A DNA stretch of 64,000 bases from the human T2T-CHM13v2.0 reference genome, Homo sapiens. The position numbers and the translations under genes are program-made. Below the pieces are notes generated by a model. The model was not told the DNA's origin, ran no database searches, and was given only the letters and a program-made list of their open reading frames with translations. This document shows positions 53,569 through 64,000 of the stretch, in pieces (positions within the stretch are counted from its first letter, which is position 1; each line of letters opens with the position of its first letter). The stretch lies in NCBI RefSeq assembly GCF_009914755.1, contig NC_060929.1; one strand, 5' to 3'.

Positions 53569-55463
53569 TGATACGGTTTGGCTCTGTCCCTGCCCAGATC
53601 TCATCTCAAATTGTAATCCCCACATGTTAAGGGAGGGACCTGGTAAGGGGTGATTGGATCATGGGGGCAGTTTTCCCCATTCTGTTCTCATTATAATGAG
53701 TGAGTGAGATCTGATGGTTTGAAAGTGTGGCACTTCCCTGCTCACTCTCTGTTATGCTACCACTTAAGATGTGCTTTGCTTCCCCACCCCCTTCCATCAT
53801 GATTGTAAGTTTCCTGAGGCCTCCCCATCCATGTGGAACTGTGAGTCAATTAAACCTCTTGCCTTCATAAATTACCCAGTCTCTGGTAGTGCATTATAGC
53901 AGTGAGAAAATGGACTGATACAGAAAATTGGTACTGAGAGAAGTGGGGCACTACTATAAGATACCTGAAAATGTGGAAGCAACTTTGGAACTAGGTAATG
54001 GGTAGAGGTTGGAACAGTTTGGAGGGCTCAGAAGAAGTTGGGAAAAGGTGGGAAAATTTTGAACTTCCTAGAGACTTGTTTAATGGTTTTGACCAACATG
54101 CTTCACAGCAGCCCCTCCCATCACAGGCCTGGAGGCCTAGGAGGAAAAAATGGTTTCATGGGCTAGCTCAGGGCCCAGCTGCTCTGTGCAGCCTCAGGAC
54201 ATGGTGCCCTGCGTCACAGCCACTCCAGCTTCAGCCAGGGCGAAAAGTGGCCAAGGTACAGCTCAAGCCATTGCTTCAGAGGGTGCAAGCCCCAGGCCTT
54301 GGCTGCTTCCATGTTTTTCACTGGCAATTGTGCAGAAGACAAGAGTTGAACTTTGGGAGCCTTTCAGAGGGTGTATGGAAATGTCTGGATGTCCAGGCAG
54401 AAGTCTACTGCAGAAGTGGAGCCCTCATGGAGAACCTCCACTAGGGCAATGCAGAGGGAAAATGTAGGGTTGCAGCTCCCACACAGAGTCCCCACTGGGG
54501 CACTGCCTAATGGAGCTGTGAGAAGAGGGCTGCTGTCCTCCAGACTCCAGAATGATAGATCCATTGAGACCTTGCACCATGCACTTGGAGTGTGGTGCAA
54601 GCTCTCAGTGGATCTACCATTCTGGCACTAAATGCCAGCCCATGAAAGCAGCCACAGGGTCTGTACCCAGCACAGCCACAGGGGCAGAGCTTCCCAAGGC
54701 CTGAGGAGCCTACCCCTTGCATTAGTATGCCCTGGATATGAGACATGGAGTCACAGGAGATCATTTTGAAGCTTTAAGATTTAATTACTGCCCTGCTGGG
54801 TCTTGAACTTGCATAGTGCCTGTAGCCCCTTTGTTTTGGCCAATTTCTCCTACTTGGAACTAGAACATTTACCCAATGCCTGTACCCCCATTGTTTCTTC
54901 AAGGTAACTAACATGTTTTTGATTTTACAGGCTCATAAGTGGAAGGAACTTGCTTTGTCTCTGATAAGACTTTGGACTTGGACTTTTGGGTTAATGCTGA
55001 AATGAGTTAAGATTTTCGGGACTGTTGGGAAGGCATGATTGTGTTTGGAAATTTGAGAAAGACATGAGATTTGAAAGAGGCCAAGAGCAGAATGATATGG
55101 TTTGACTCTGTGTCCCCACCCAAATCTCATCCCGAATTGTAATCCCCACGTGTTGAGGGAGGGACCTGGTGGGAGGTGATTGGATCATGGGGGCAGCTTC
55201 CCCCAGGCTGTTCTTGTGATAATGAGTGAGTTCTCATGAGATATGATGGTTTAAAAGTGTGGCATTTCTCCCCTCTCTCACTCTCTCTCCTGCCACCATG
55301 TAAGACGTGCATTGCTTCCACTTTGCTTTCTGCTATGACTGTAAGTTTCCTGAGGCCTCCCCAGCCATGCAGAACTGTGAGTCAATGAAACCTCTTTCCT
55401 GTGTAAATTACCCAGTCTTAGGTACAATAGTTCTTTATAGCCGTGTGAAAATTGACAAATACA
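53569..55463 (+). mobile_element. MSTA-like MaLR: LTR 53569-53922, partly deleted internal 53923-55092, LTR 55093-55463
   Basis: Two homologous LTRs (tgata(c/t)ggtttg...ataca) flanking MST internal sequence. Confidence 0.92.
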
Positions 55464-56089
55464 AGCCCCTTCCCAATTTGGTTGCCTTTCCCAAGGCAGC
55501 CCTCAGGGTAGTCACTGGGAACTGGGCTGGGAATACTTTGGGAACAAAATGTATGAGAATGATAGTGGCAGTTTGATAAATTCCTGGGATGTCCAGCAGA
55601 AACGTACACTGTCCTTCCTACTATTATCTTAAAATATGAGTATTCAACTTTGATTAAAACATGCCCTTTTTCAACCACTAGATTATTTGTTCTTTCGTCA
55701 AGACAGATGAATAATTTAGAAGATATTATGATGGTGGTGCAGTACAGATTATAATGGATCTGAAACAACTTCAAGACAGAGAGTTCTGAAGTAGCTGGTA
55801 TATTGTTGCTCATAATTCAGGAGCATTGGTGGAAGTGTTGAAAACAGATTTTTCTTAACCTTCTTACTTGCATCATCCTTAACAAATGTCCTCTTTTTTT
55901 CTCTTTAAGAAGGAATGTTCCCCTTCACATTTATCTGTAAAATATTTGTCAAGAACTTCTACTACAATTTTTACTAGTCACTTATCTGATAAACTTAAGA
56001 TATTTTTGAGGGCAGATTTTATTCCCAAGTTAACCAGTTCCAGTTTGCCTGGGGAAAACTGAAGACTGCATAGAAGGAGCAAAGGATGT

Positions 56090-56345
56090 GAAAGAAATGA
56101 GCAGAGTCCTTGCCCCCAGTATCCAGTTATGAATCCTACCTCAAGTTGCTCATAATGACCTGTGCATCCTGCTATTTCAGTTATTCATATTTGCAAATAG
56201 GGCAAGTAATGCCTACCTTACATAGCTTTATGGAAAGTGAAGCATCTAGTTATTGTCTTTCATAGATGAGGCAGCAACACAAACCCAGTGGATTCCCAAG
56301 GTTCATCTAGTCAATGTCTGAAAGAACAGAAACTGGAGTTCTAGA
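56090..56345. mobile_element. MIR fragments in opposite orientations
   Basis: atttcagttattcatatttgcaaatagggc...gcctaccttacatag; catagatgaggcagc...cccaaggttcatctagtc. Confidence 0.5.
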
Positions 56346-56739
56346 ATTTTCCTGTCAAAACAGGCAAATTGTTCAAAATCACTGGTGTACATTTATTTTT
56401 CAGTGGAGTGGCTAAGAGCCAATCCAAAATTCTAGCAGAACTGCAGTTAAACGGGCTGTCTTTGATTTTCAATTATATGAGGGACCCATTATCTGAAGAA
56501 TATATCCTGTCAAAGAATATAAAAAAAGTTTGTTAAAATATATTTGTAAAGGCAGAGCTGTCAATAAAATAAAGGAAGTTATAATAGGCCAGAAAAAATG
56601 AGAAAGCATGGATACAGATGGGTGAATGAGTGTTGGAGCTGGCCTTTGCCTGGAGGCGTCTGTCATGGTGGGTGACACTTTAATAGGTCACGTTTATGTG
56701 AGGATAAAGCCTGGTTCTGAGCATCATAGAGTTAGATAA

Positions 56740-58880
56740 AAGATCCTTGAATAAAGCTGGTTCACCTCCTGTAGTGTACCAGAAAAAAGTCTACCCCACA
56801 GAGATACTACCTGTTTGTGCCTTGGCTCTGGGTGGAGTAGGGAAACACAACCCTCCAGAAAATTCCTAACTCCAATCCTCCAGTCACATGAATTTGGGGA
56901 TGGAAATCACATTTCCTGTGGCACCTGAAAAAAATAGACCTGAGTAGAAAATTTGTAGTGTCCCTGGGTCAGCTGTACCTCCAGATACTTGGCAGAAAGA
57001 AACATGAATCTCTCTGGAGGGAAACATTTTAAAACAAGACTTCAAAGAATTCCTACTCTGTTTTTGAAGAATATGAATGCACAATTTAAAAACAATTATA
57101 AAACATATGAAAAACAAGCCATCATAAACAAAACCAGCAGGAAAAATAAACTACAGAATTAAATTTTCAAAAGTTTCAAAACTTTAAAAAAATACAGATT
57201 TTGGAATGTTCAGACATCAAATATAAAGAATCATGTTATAAAATGCTCTAATGAAATAAAAGGAGACAGAAAAAGTGTAATGAAGGAACATATTTTTATT
57301 GACAATAGTTGGAGATATTTGAAAAGGAACAAAAATTAAATTTTTAGAAATAAAAAATATAACAACTAAAATTAGAAACTCTATACAAGTTAAGCAGCAG
57401 ATTAGACATACTTGAAGAAAGAAAACCACTTAGTACACTGGTATCTCTTAAGAAATTGCTCAGAATGTAGCATAGGAAAACAAAAGGATGGAAAATATTA
57501 CAGGGAAATTTAACACACATTGGAATTTCAGTAATAACGTCTAATTTGTTAGATTAAGAATAAAGAGGGCCAGGCATGGTGGCTCACGCCTATAATCCCA
57601 GCACTTTGGGAGGCCGAGGCGGGCGGATCACAAGGGCAGGAGATTGAGACCATCCTGGCTAACATGGTGAAACCCCATCTCTACTAAAAATACAAAAAAT
57701 TTGTTGGGAGTGGTGGCGGGTGCCTGTAGTCCCAGCTACTTAGGAGGCTGAGGCAAGGAGAATGGCGTGAACTCGGGAGGCGGAGCTTGCAGCGAGCCGT
57801 GATGGTGCCACTGCACTCCAGCCTGGGCGACAGAGTGAGACTCCGTGTCAAAAAAAAAAACTAATTTCACTGTACAACGATTTAGTCAGGAAGGAGTGTG
57901 ATGAGGGAAAACCATTCTAAGATCCTTGTGTTTTTGAGAAGATTGTAAAAATATTGGCTTATTTTAGACTTTAGTAAATTAAATATGCATATTAAAATTT
58001 TCCAGGTAATCACCAAAGAATGGAAATAGAGTTTATGTCTTCTAACCTAGGATTGGTAAAATAAAATAAAGGAAAAAAATAAGAAACAAATATTAATTAA
58101 TTCTAAATAACTAAAGAAGAAAAATAAGAAAGAACAAAGGAAAAATTGGAGCAAAGAGGAAGCACAAGATAAGATAGTAGACAATAATCCATTTATATTA
58201 GTAATTATATAAATGTCAATGTGGTAAATTCCCTAGTTAAAATGCAAATCTTTTCAGAGTGGATTTTTAAAATTTCCACAATTTTCACTTTAGAAAAGAT
58301 AGTGTCTTGGGCTGTTTATAGGGATCCAGAAAAATTCAAAGTAGAACGATGAAAAAGATAAAACAGGAAGTATAAAACAATGAAGAAAATTAATGTAGGT
58401 ATATTAACTGGAAAGAGTGGACTTTAATGTAGAAAGCATTACCAGAAATAAAAGAGTTTATTGTATGTTAATTAAAGATTTGGGTTTTCAGGAAGATATT
58501 GACAATAATTTCTAATGTAAATGTACTTAATAACAGCTTCAAAATATATACAGCAAAAGTTGAACTGAAATATAAGCAGAAATTGCCAAATCAACAACAT
58601 AATGGGAGAATTTAATTTGCCTCTCTCAGTAACTGATAAATCAAGCAGACAAAAATCAATAATGATATAAAAGATTTGAAGACTACAATCAACCATCTTG
58701 ATCCAGTGACTATCTTTTGAACAATGACTGCTCCCAATAACTTGAGTAAAAAAATGTATGAATTTTGTTTCCTAGGTCATGGAATACTTACAAAAGATGA
58801 ACTTATCGTAGGCCATAAAACATGTGTGCACAAATTCCAAAAACAGTTTCTTATAGGCCACATTCTCTGAACTCATTTTA
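56740..58880 (+). mobile_element. Ancient L1ME 5' region / ORF1 / ORF2 start, interrupted by an AluY
   Basis: A-rich ORF1-like sequence; endonuclease-domain motif aacataatgggagaatttaatttgcctctctcagtaactgataaatcaagcagacaaaaatc. Confidence 0.7.
57568..57860 (+). mobile_element. AluY
   Basis: gagaccatcctggctaac, gaatggcgtgaac and ggagcttgcag; no TSD found. Confidence 0.95.
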
Positions 58881-59210
58881 GAAGGACTTAGAAGCTCATG
58901 TAATGGTAATGCAAAGGAGCTAAGCTTTTTATATAGTTGTCCCAATTTCTTAATACCTGGTTTTATTTAGTAGAGAAGGCATAGTCCAGTTTCTCTTTGA
59001 AGACAGTGAAATGTTAGATTAAAAGGAATAATTATTTGTGAGAAGGTGAGAAAAACAATGGTGCTAGACTCCTTTCTGAGATCCAGGCACACCATCAACT
59101 CCTGAAGTTTCTGATGCTAGAGAGGTATTTTGAAATATCACAGCCTTTGGGCCGTGCAAAACCAAACATGCTAATATTTTCAGTTTTTGTTGTTGTTGTT
59201 GTTTACATAC

Positions 59211-60016
59211 TTTTCGGTGCCATCCATTGTAAGGAGCTGAAAAGAGTGAAGACACTGGAATGAGACAACCAAATATTATCTGAACCCTACAAAATGGTCT
59301 TTGAATTTCTCTTATAAGCCATCAATTATTATTTTGATTGTGCTGACACACTTTTCTCATTTTAGCCTTTTCTCATGGCCTGCTTAAAAAGAATTACTTT
59401 GCTTAAATAGGTTTTAGTATAATTCTTCAAATGAAGGATTCATTCAATTTTTTAAAAAATTCTGCATATAGCATTTTGCCTTTGTATTGATTGTTCTGCT
59501 GATTTGATGTAAAGTCGCTTGAATCTCACAGTCTTTAGATTAGCATTTGTTTTAAGCATGACATATTTAATGAATGCAATATATATACTTGTTAAATTCT
59601 TGTGTTATGTGGGAATTTCTAATATTCCAAAAATTTCAAAAATCTTAAATATATAGACGCTAAAAGCCCAAATTAGGTTATTTTTAAGTCAATTAATCCT
59701 CAGTTCTTCAGCTTCAAATAAAAATTTTTTTTTGGTATAAATTATCCCACTAATATGGCATATTTAAAATTTTTTTCATTGTAAAAATCTAAAACATAAG
59801 TGAATTATTATTACCGCAGAAATCAGGTAACAGCAAGTAATAAAATCACCTAGCAGAATCATAGATTTAAAGTAACTTGAAAAAGACTGCAAATAGAGAG
59901 AGAAAGTATTTAAAATATAAAGATGAGGATAACAGCATGAGTATAATGTTCAGTATGGCACAGAAATTTTCTTCAAATTCACTCACCCTTGGAGAGCATC
60001 TGATCAAAGTCATCTC
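59211..60016 (-). other. Candidate small exons 59987-60016, 59815(or 59850)-59886 and 59211-59236
   Basis: 100-nt intron 59887-59986 (gtgagt...actttctctctctatttgcag); 26-nt exon flanked by gtgtcttcactcttttcag and gtatgt. Confidence 0.4.
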
Positions 60017-60659
60017 CTTTAAAAGGCAAGTTACTTCCAAATATATCCGAATTATATGAAAGATCAATTAATTTGATATGTGGTATGTGAGGGGAGCCAT
60101 CATAGTTGCAAGGGTATCATAAGGATTTTTATGTCAGCCCTTCCCCTTTTCTTTTTTAGAGTGGGACACCAAGGTTGAAAACTTCTCCTTAATCTGGTAG
60201 TGTTTGAAAAGTTGTTGCATTTATTAGAGACTCCTTGACAAATAAAATGGTGGCTGCTGCTGGATTTTTCTCCCAACATGCTTTTGGAGATGTAACTGGA
60301 GGGAAATTCAAAAACCGAAGAAAAGCCTTGATGTATGAAATGTCAACCTATTGATCAGCAAGCACTGCTGATCCTGTTAAGGGTCTACTTGTCATCTGAA
60401 CAAGAGCTGACTCATCAATGGAGACAGGCTTCTGTTTTGAGAACCAACACAGAACAAAAATAACCATGTGCTTCTATGCTGCGCTGAGTCCTCTGGCAAA
60501 GGGCTTCCCAATTCAGGTCTCTACCTGGGTTGTCTCTTTGCCCCAGTGATTTCTAAACATTCTGGGAAAATTATTGAAAATGTATTAGTAGCCTGGAATA
60601 TAACCACGTTTTGTAAACACTCCCCATTCAAAAGTAATGTATATGCTCTGCAGGTACAA

Positions 60660-62100
60660 ACTTTAGTATATAGCTATTAATTTTACATTGCATTAATTTC
60701 TCTGTCAAAAACTGAGAGAAGTATATATAATTTTCTACTGTAATTGTGGTTATATGAATTTATAATTTATTATTGTTTTTCTAATAATTTGGTTTTACAT
60801 ATGTCCTATTTTATACAGCCTTCTGATTTTTAAAAATGCTTCCTTTTTATTTTCCTATTGTTTAGGTTTTCTTTACAATTTGTTACTTTTACCTGACATT
60901 TTTGTTCTTCTAGTGGTTATTTCACCTCAAAAATCTCCTTTCTATGTTAAAAATATGGCATTTTATAGCAGCTTGAGTCACTACTCTGTTCCAGTTAGAT
61001 CTTTATATATATTATTTAATATTTGCAATAGTGCTGTATAGATTATTATCCTAATTTACTCATGAGAAAATAGGTTCCATGGAGTTAATTGCTTATTTTA
61101 TAGCACGAAGCTAGTTAATTGGCAAGGCCAGAATTTGAACCCAGGCCTCTGTGGCTTCTTTTATTCACTGAACTCTATCATCTTCCTAGTTTAAAATACT
61201 TTTGTGTCTGTCTTCTCCACCATCACCTTTTATTTCAACTAACATTGAATCTAGAATTTCATTATTATTTTCTTTTTTAGGTATAAATTTATCTTTTCAG
61301 AGTTATTTGTATTTGTATTAAATTTCACAGTAATCTTGGTACAACTTTTTAAGCAGAACCTATCATTTCACTGATTATATTCCCTTTTTTCTTTGGAGTG
61401 AACCTATTTTGCTGTCCTTAAGAGACCTATCTTTTTAAAATTTAAAACTTTTATCAGGATCTATACAGTTGTGACTTCTGAAATTTTTTTAAAATAGTTA
61501 AATTTATAAGGCTACTAAATAGACCTTTTCTATCTAAAAGCCTTATTTCCTTTTCTTTTTGCTTTCAAATCATTTCCCCATTATTTATTTGGTGATTGCT
61601 TTTCCTCTGGCCCTTCTCATCTCTTAAAGTACTTCATACTGGGATATTATGGATAATTCCCATGTTGCCAGTGTTTTGTTCAGTGTATTTGTCTTTCTTT
61701 GAAAATTTCCACTGAATTCTGGGAGAGTTTGTTAAACATGTCTTCTAATGCATTTGTTTGTTTTTGATGTTTTCTAATTAATATAACTTTACTGCCTGGG
61801 TAAAATCCATCTCTCTTGATTTTCATCTGTAAACCATCTTTCCTAACTCATATTGATCCTTTTTCATACATGCAAATACAATTGAGATTATGAATACTTT
61901 ACAAACTTTACAGAATTTGTCATAGTACATTTTAGGTATTTGTTATGATTCCCCAAATTGTTCACTTTTTAAAAACCCACTAAAATGTTTCTATTGTCTA
62001 GTAATTTTTGTCATCCTTACAGGTGGGTACTTTTTATGTGTCTAGGATTTGAAGTTGAACTGTGTGTGGTCTGTCAGAGACTATTTCTTTAGCCCCTTTA
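60660..62100 (-). mobile_element. Very degenerate old L1M sequence, with a MIR fragment near 61020-61190
   Basis: T-rich reverse L1-like stretches; MIR core catgagaaaataggttcc...ccagaatttgaacccaggcc. Confidence 0.4.
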
Positions 62101-62214
62101 GTTTCAAATAAAGGGGAAAGCAGAGGTTTGCATTTTTCCAGTGGTTACATTTTGTCCATTTCAGAGTGAGGGACAGAGTACTTATGTGTCTGGAAACTTC
62201 ATCATTGCAGCAAA

Positions 62215-62850
62215 AAATTCATCTACTCAACAAATATGAAGGCCACCTCTGAGTCAGATATGGCTGGGCACTGGAGATATAATGATGAATATGACAGTCT
62301 CGATTCCTGCTCTTACACGGTTTACAAACTCTTAAAGAATTCATATATCAAATAATTACACAAAAGTCTACCTAATTACCAGTAGTGGTAAAGGTTATAA
62401 AAACTTGCTGGGCTCCTGGCGAATTGGAGGGATGACAAGAAAGCATCATTCACAGTGCAGTGGGCACAGGGAGAAAAGTTGAGGGAGGTGGGAGTGGCCA
62501 GATGGGGCGGGGCCCTGCAAGCCGCATTAAGGATACTGAGCATAATCCAAAAGCAATGGAAAGCCATTGACAAATAGGAAGTGATTAAATGGAATATTTA
62601 AATTTTTTAAAGGCCCACTCTAGGTTTAATTATTAGGACAGGTTGTGAGGGCCAAGTGGATATGGGGAGATCACTGTAGAATGCTCTTGAGGCCATTCAT
62701 ACAAGAAGGACATGACTGTGGCTTGGACCATGCTGTTGTAATGGATATGGAATGAAGGGGACATATTAATATTTCAGAAATATTTAGGTTGGTCAGTATT
62801 ATGAGGAGAAATGGATGACTGATTCACTGTGGGAATGAGAAAGAAGGATT
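62215..62850 (-). mobile_element. L2 3' region
   Basis: attcatctactcaacaaatat...gggcactggagatataatgatgaa...aaagcaatggaaagccattg. Confidence 0.75.
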
Positions 62851-63065
62851 TCACTTCTTTATATGTTGCAATAGCCTAGAGTTATCTGGCTGCCCCTTCT
62901 GTATCTGCTACATTGCTCACTGAGCACACAATCTACTCCAGGTGAGACTAAGAATGGACCCCTCTCTTCATGCTGGCATTTTAGTTAGGGAAGGTAATGG
63001 ATGGTAGACGTTAAGTGTGCCTATGAATCATCCCACTGCCTATTTCTGCTCCCAGGATTTATGAG

Positions 63066-63320
63066 ATAATATGGGATTGAGAGTGCAGATTCTAGAGTCA
63101 AACTGGATTTGGGCTTTGGTCCTGCCACTTACTGTCAGAGTATTTTGGGGTGAATTGCTTAGTCATTCTTGCGCCAATTTTCCCATCTGTAAAATGGGGA
63201 TAATTCTAGTATCTACTTTATTTGGATGTTTTGGGGCTTAAGTGAGTTCCTATTTATAGAGCACTTTGAACAGCGCCTAGCACATTATAAGTGCTCCAAT
63301 ATTAGTTACATTTATTATTA
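63066..63320 (+). mobile_element. MIR
   Basis: cctgccacttact...ttttcccatctgtaaaatggggataat...gaacagcgcctagcacattataagtgctc. Confidence 0.85.
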
Positions 63321-63711
63321 CTCTCTTTTGTTTTTTTTTTTTGGTGGTGGCTGAGGATCTTGTCTACTCACTGTCTTGACAGTCAATTCCATTATTACAG
63401 TGAATCTTTTCTCTGGTACAGTTCTACCTACACCATAGGTTGCATAAATTTTAAAAAAATTCTAATTTATGAGCAGTACCCAATGCTTTTCCTCTTAAAA
63501 AATTTCTTTGCTCACTTAGTTGGGAAATTGGGCTATTATTGCTCCCTTAAACAGAAATTCTCTATTAACTCTTAATGGTTACCAGTTCTGCCTTTCTGGC
63601 ATATTCATGTATTAGATGGTAGAGGATTGATGTGGAATATTTAAGAAACTGGCCTGTGGGAATTAGCAGAAGGCATAACTATGTGATATAATGAAAAGTT
63701 ATAAAAGGAAA

Positions 63712-63776
63712 ATGTTACCAGTCAGGGTTCAACCAGAGAAACAGAGCCAGTAGGAGATATATATTAAGAGATTTAT
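63712..63776 (-). mobile_element. MLT2-type LTR end, interrupted by an Alu
   Basis: agtcagggttcaaccagagaaacagagccagtaggagatatatat. Confidence 0.65.
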
Positions 63777-64000
63777 AGCTGGGCGTCGTGGCTCACTCCT
63801 GTAATCCCAGCACTTTGGGAGGCTGAGGCGTGTGGATCACTGGAGGTCAGGCGTTCAAGACCAGCCTGACCAACATGGTGAAACCTCGTTTCTACTAAAT
63901 ACAAAAAATTAGCCAGACGTGGTGGTGCGTGCCTGTAATCTCTGCTACTTGGGAGGCTGAGGCAGGAGAATCACTTGAACCCAGGAGTCAGAGGTTACCG
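63777..64000 (+). mobile_element. AluS, cut by the window end
   Basis: Alu left monomer and part of the right monomer. Confidence 0.93.

Noticed and set aside
55418-55813. 131-aa minus-strand ORF
   Set aside because: No recognisable motif, no splice support for that frame, and it runs into the MST LTR; likely chance.
59211-59236. Frame SLQWMAPK resembling the kinase WMAPE motif
   Set aside because: Lacks the invariant Glu, and no other kinase subdomain was found nearby.
60408-60414. AP-1 motif TGACTCA
   Set aside because: A single 7-mer occurs several times by chance; an enhancer cannot be called from it.

Overview
AT-rich primate DNA, probably human or great ape given AluY and LTR12. Most of the window is nested interspersed repeats: L1 of several ages, Alu, MaLR and ERV LTRs including complete THE1 and MST elements and an LTR12 solo LTR, Tigger/MER DNA transposons, MIR and L2. 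I recognise no intact protein-coding gene, and almost all supplied ORFs are repeat-derived or chance. I found no new biological system that I can support. The strongest non-routine signals are: (1) an old, intronless, disabled SCAMP1 retrocopy (minus strand, ~44.5-45.2 kb) interrupted by a transposon fragment without termini; (2) two long near-perfect hairpins (3.2 kb and 54.55 kb); (3) a cluster of small minus-strand exon-like segments with good splice signals (52.9-60.0 kb); (4) several local template-switch-like rearrangements; (5) a CCAAT-rich LTR12 promoter. Repeat subfamily names are from recall of consensus sequences, not from a search, and boundaries without a stated TSD are approximate.
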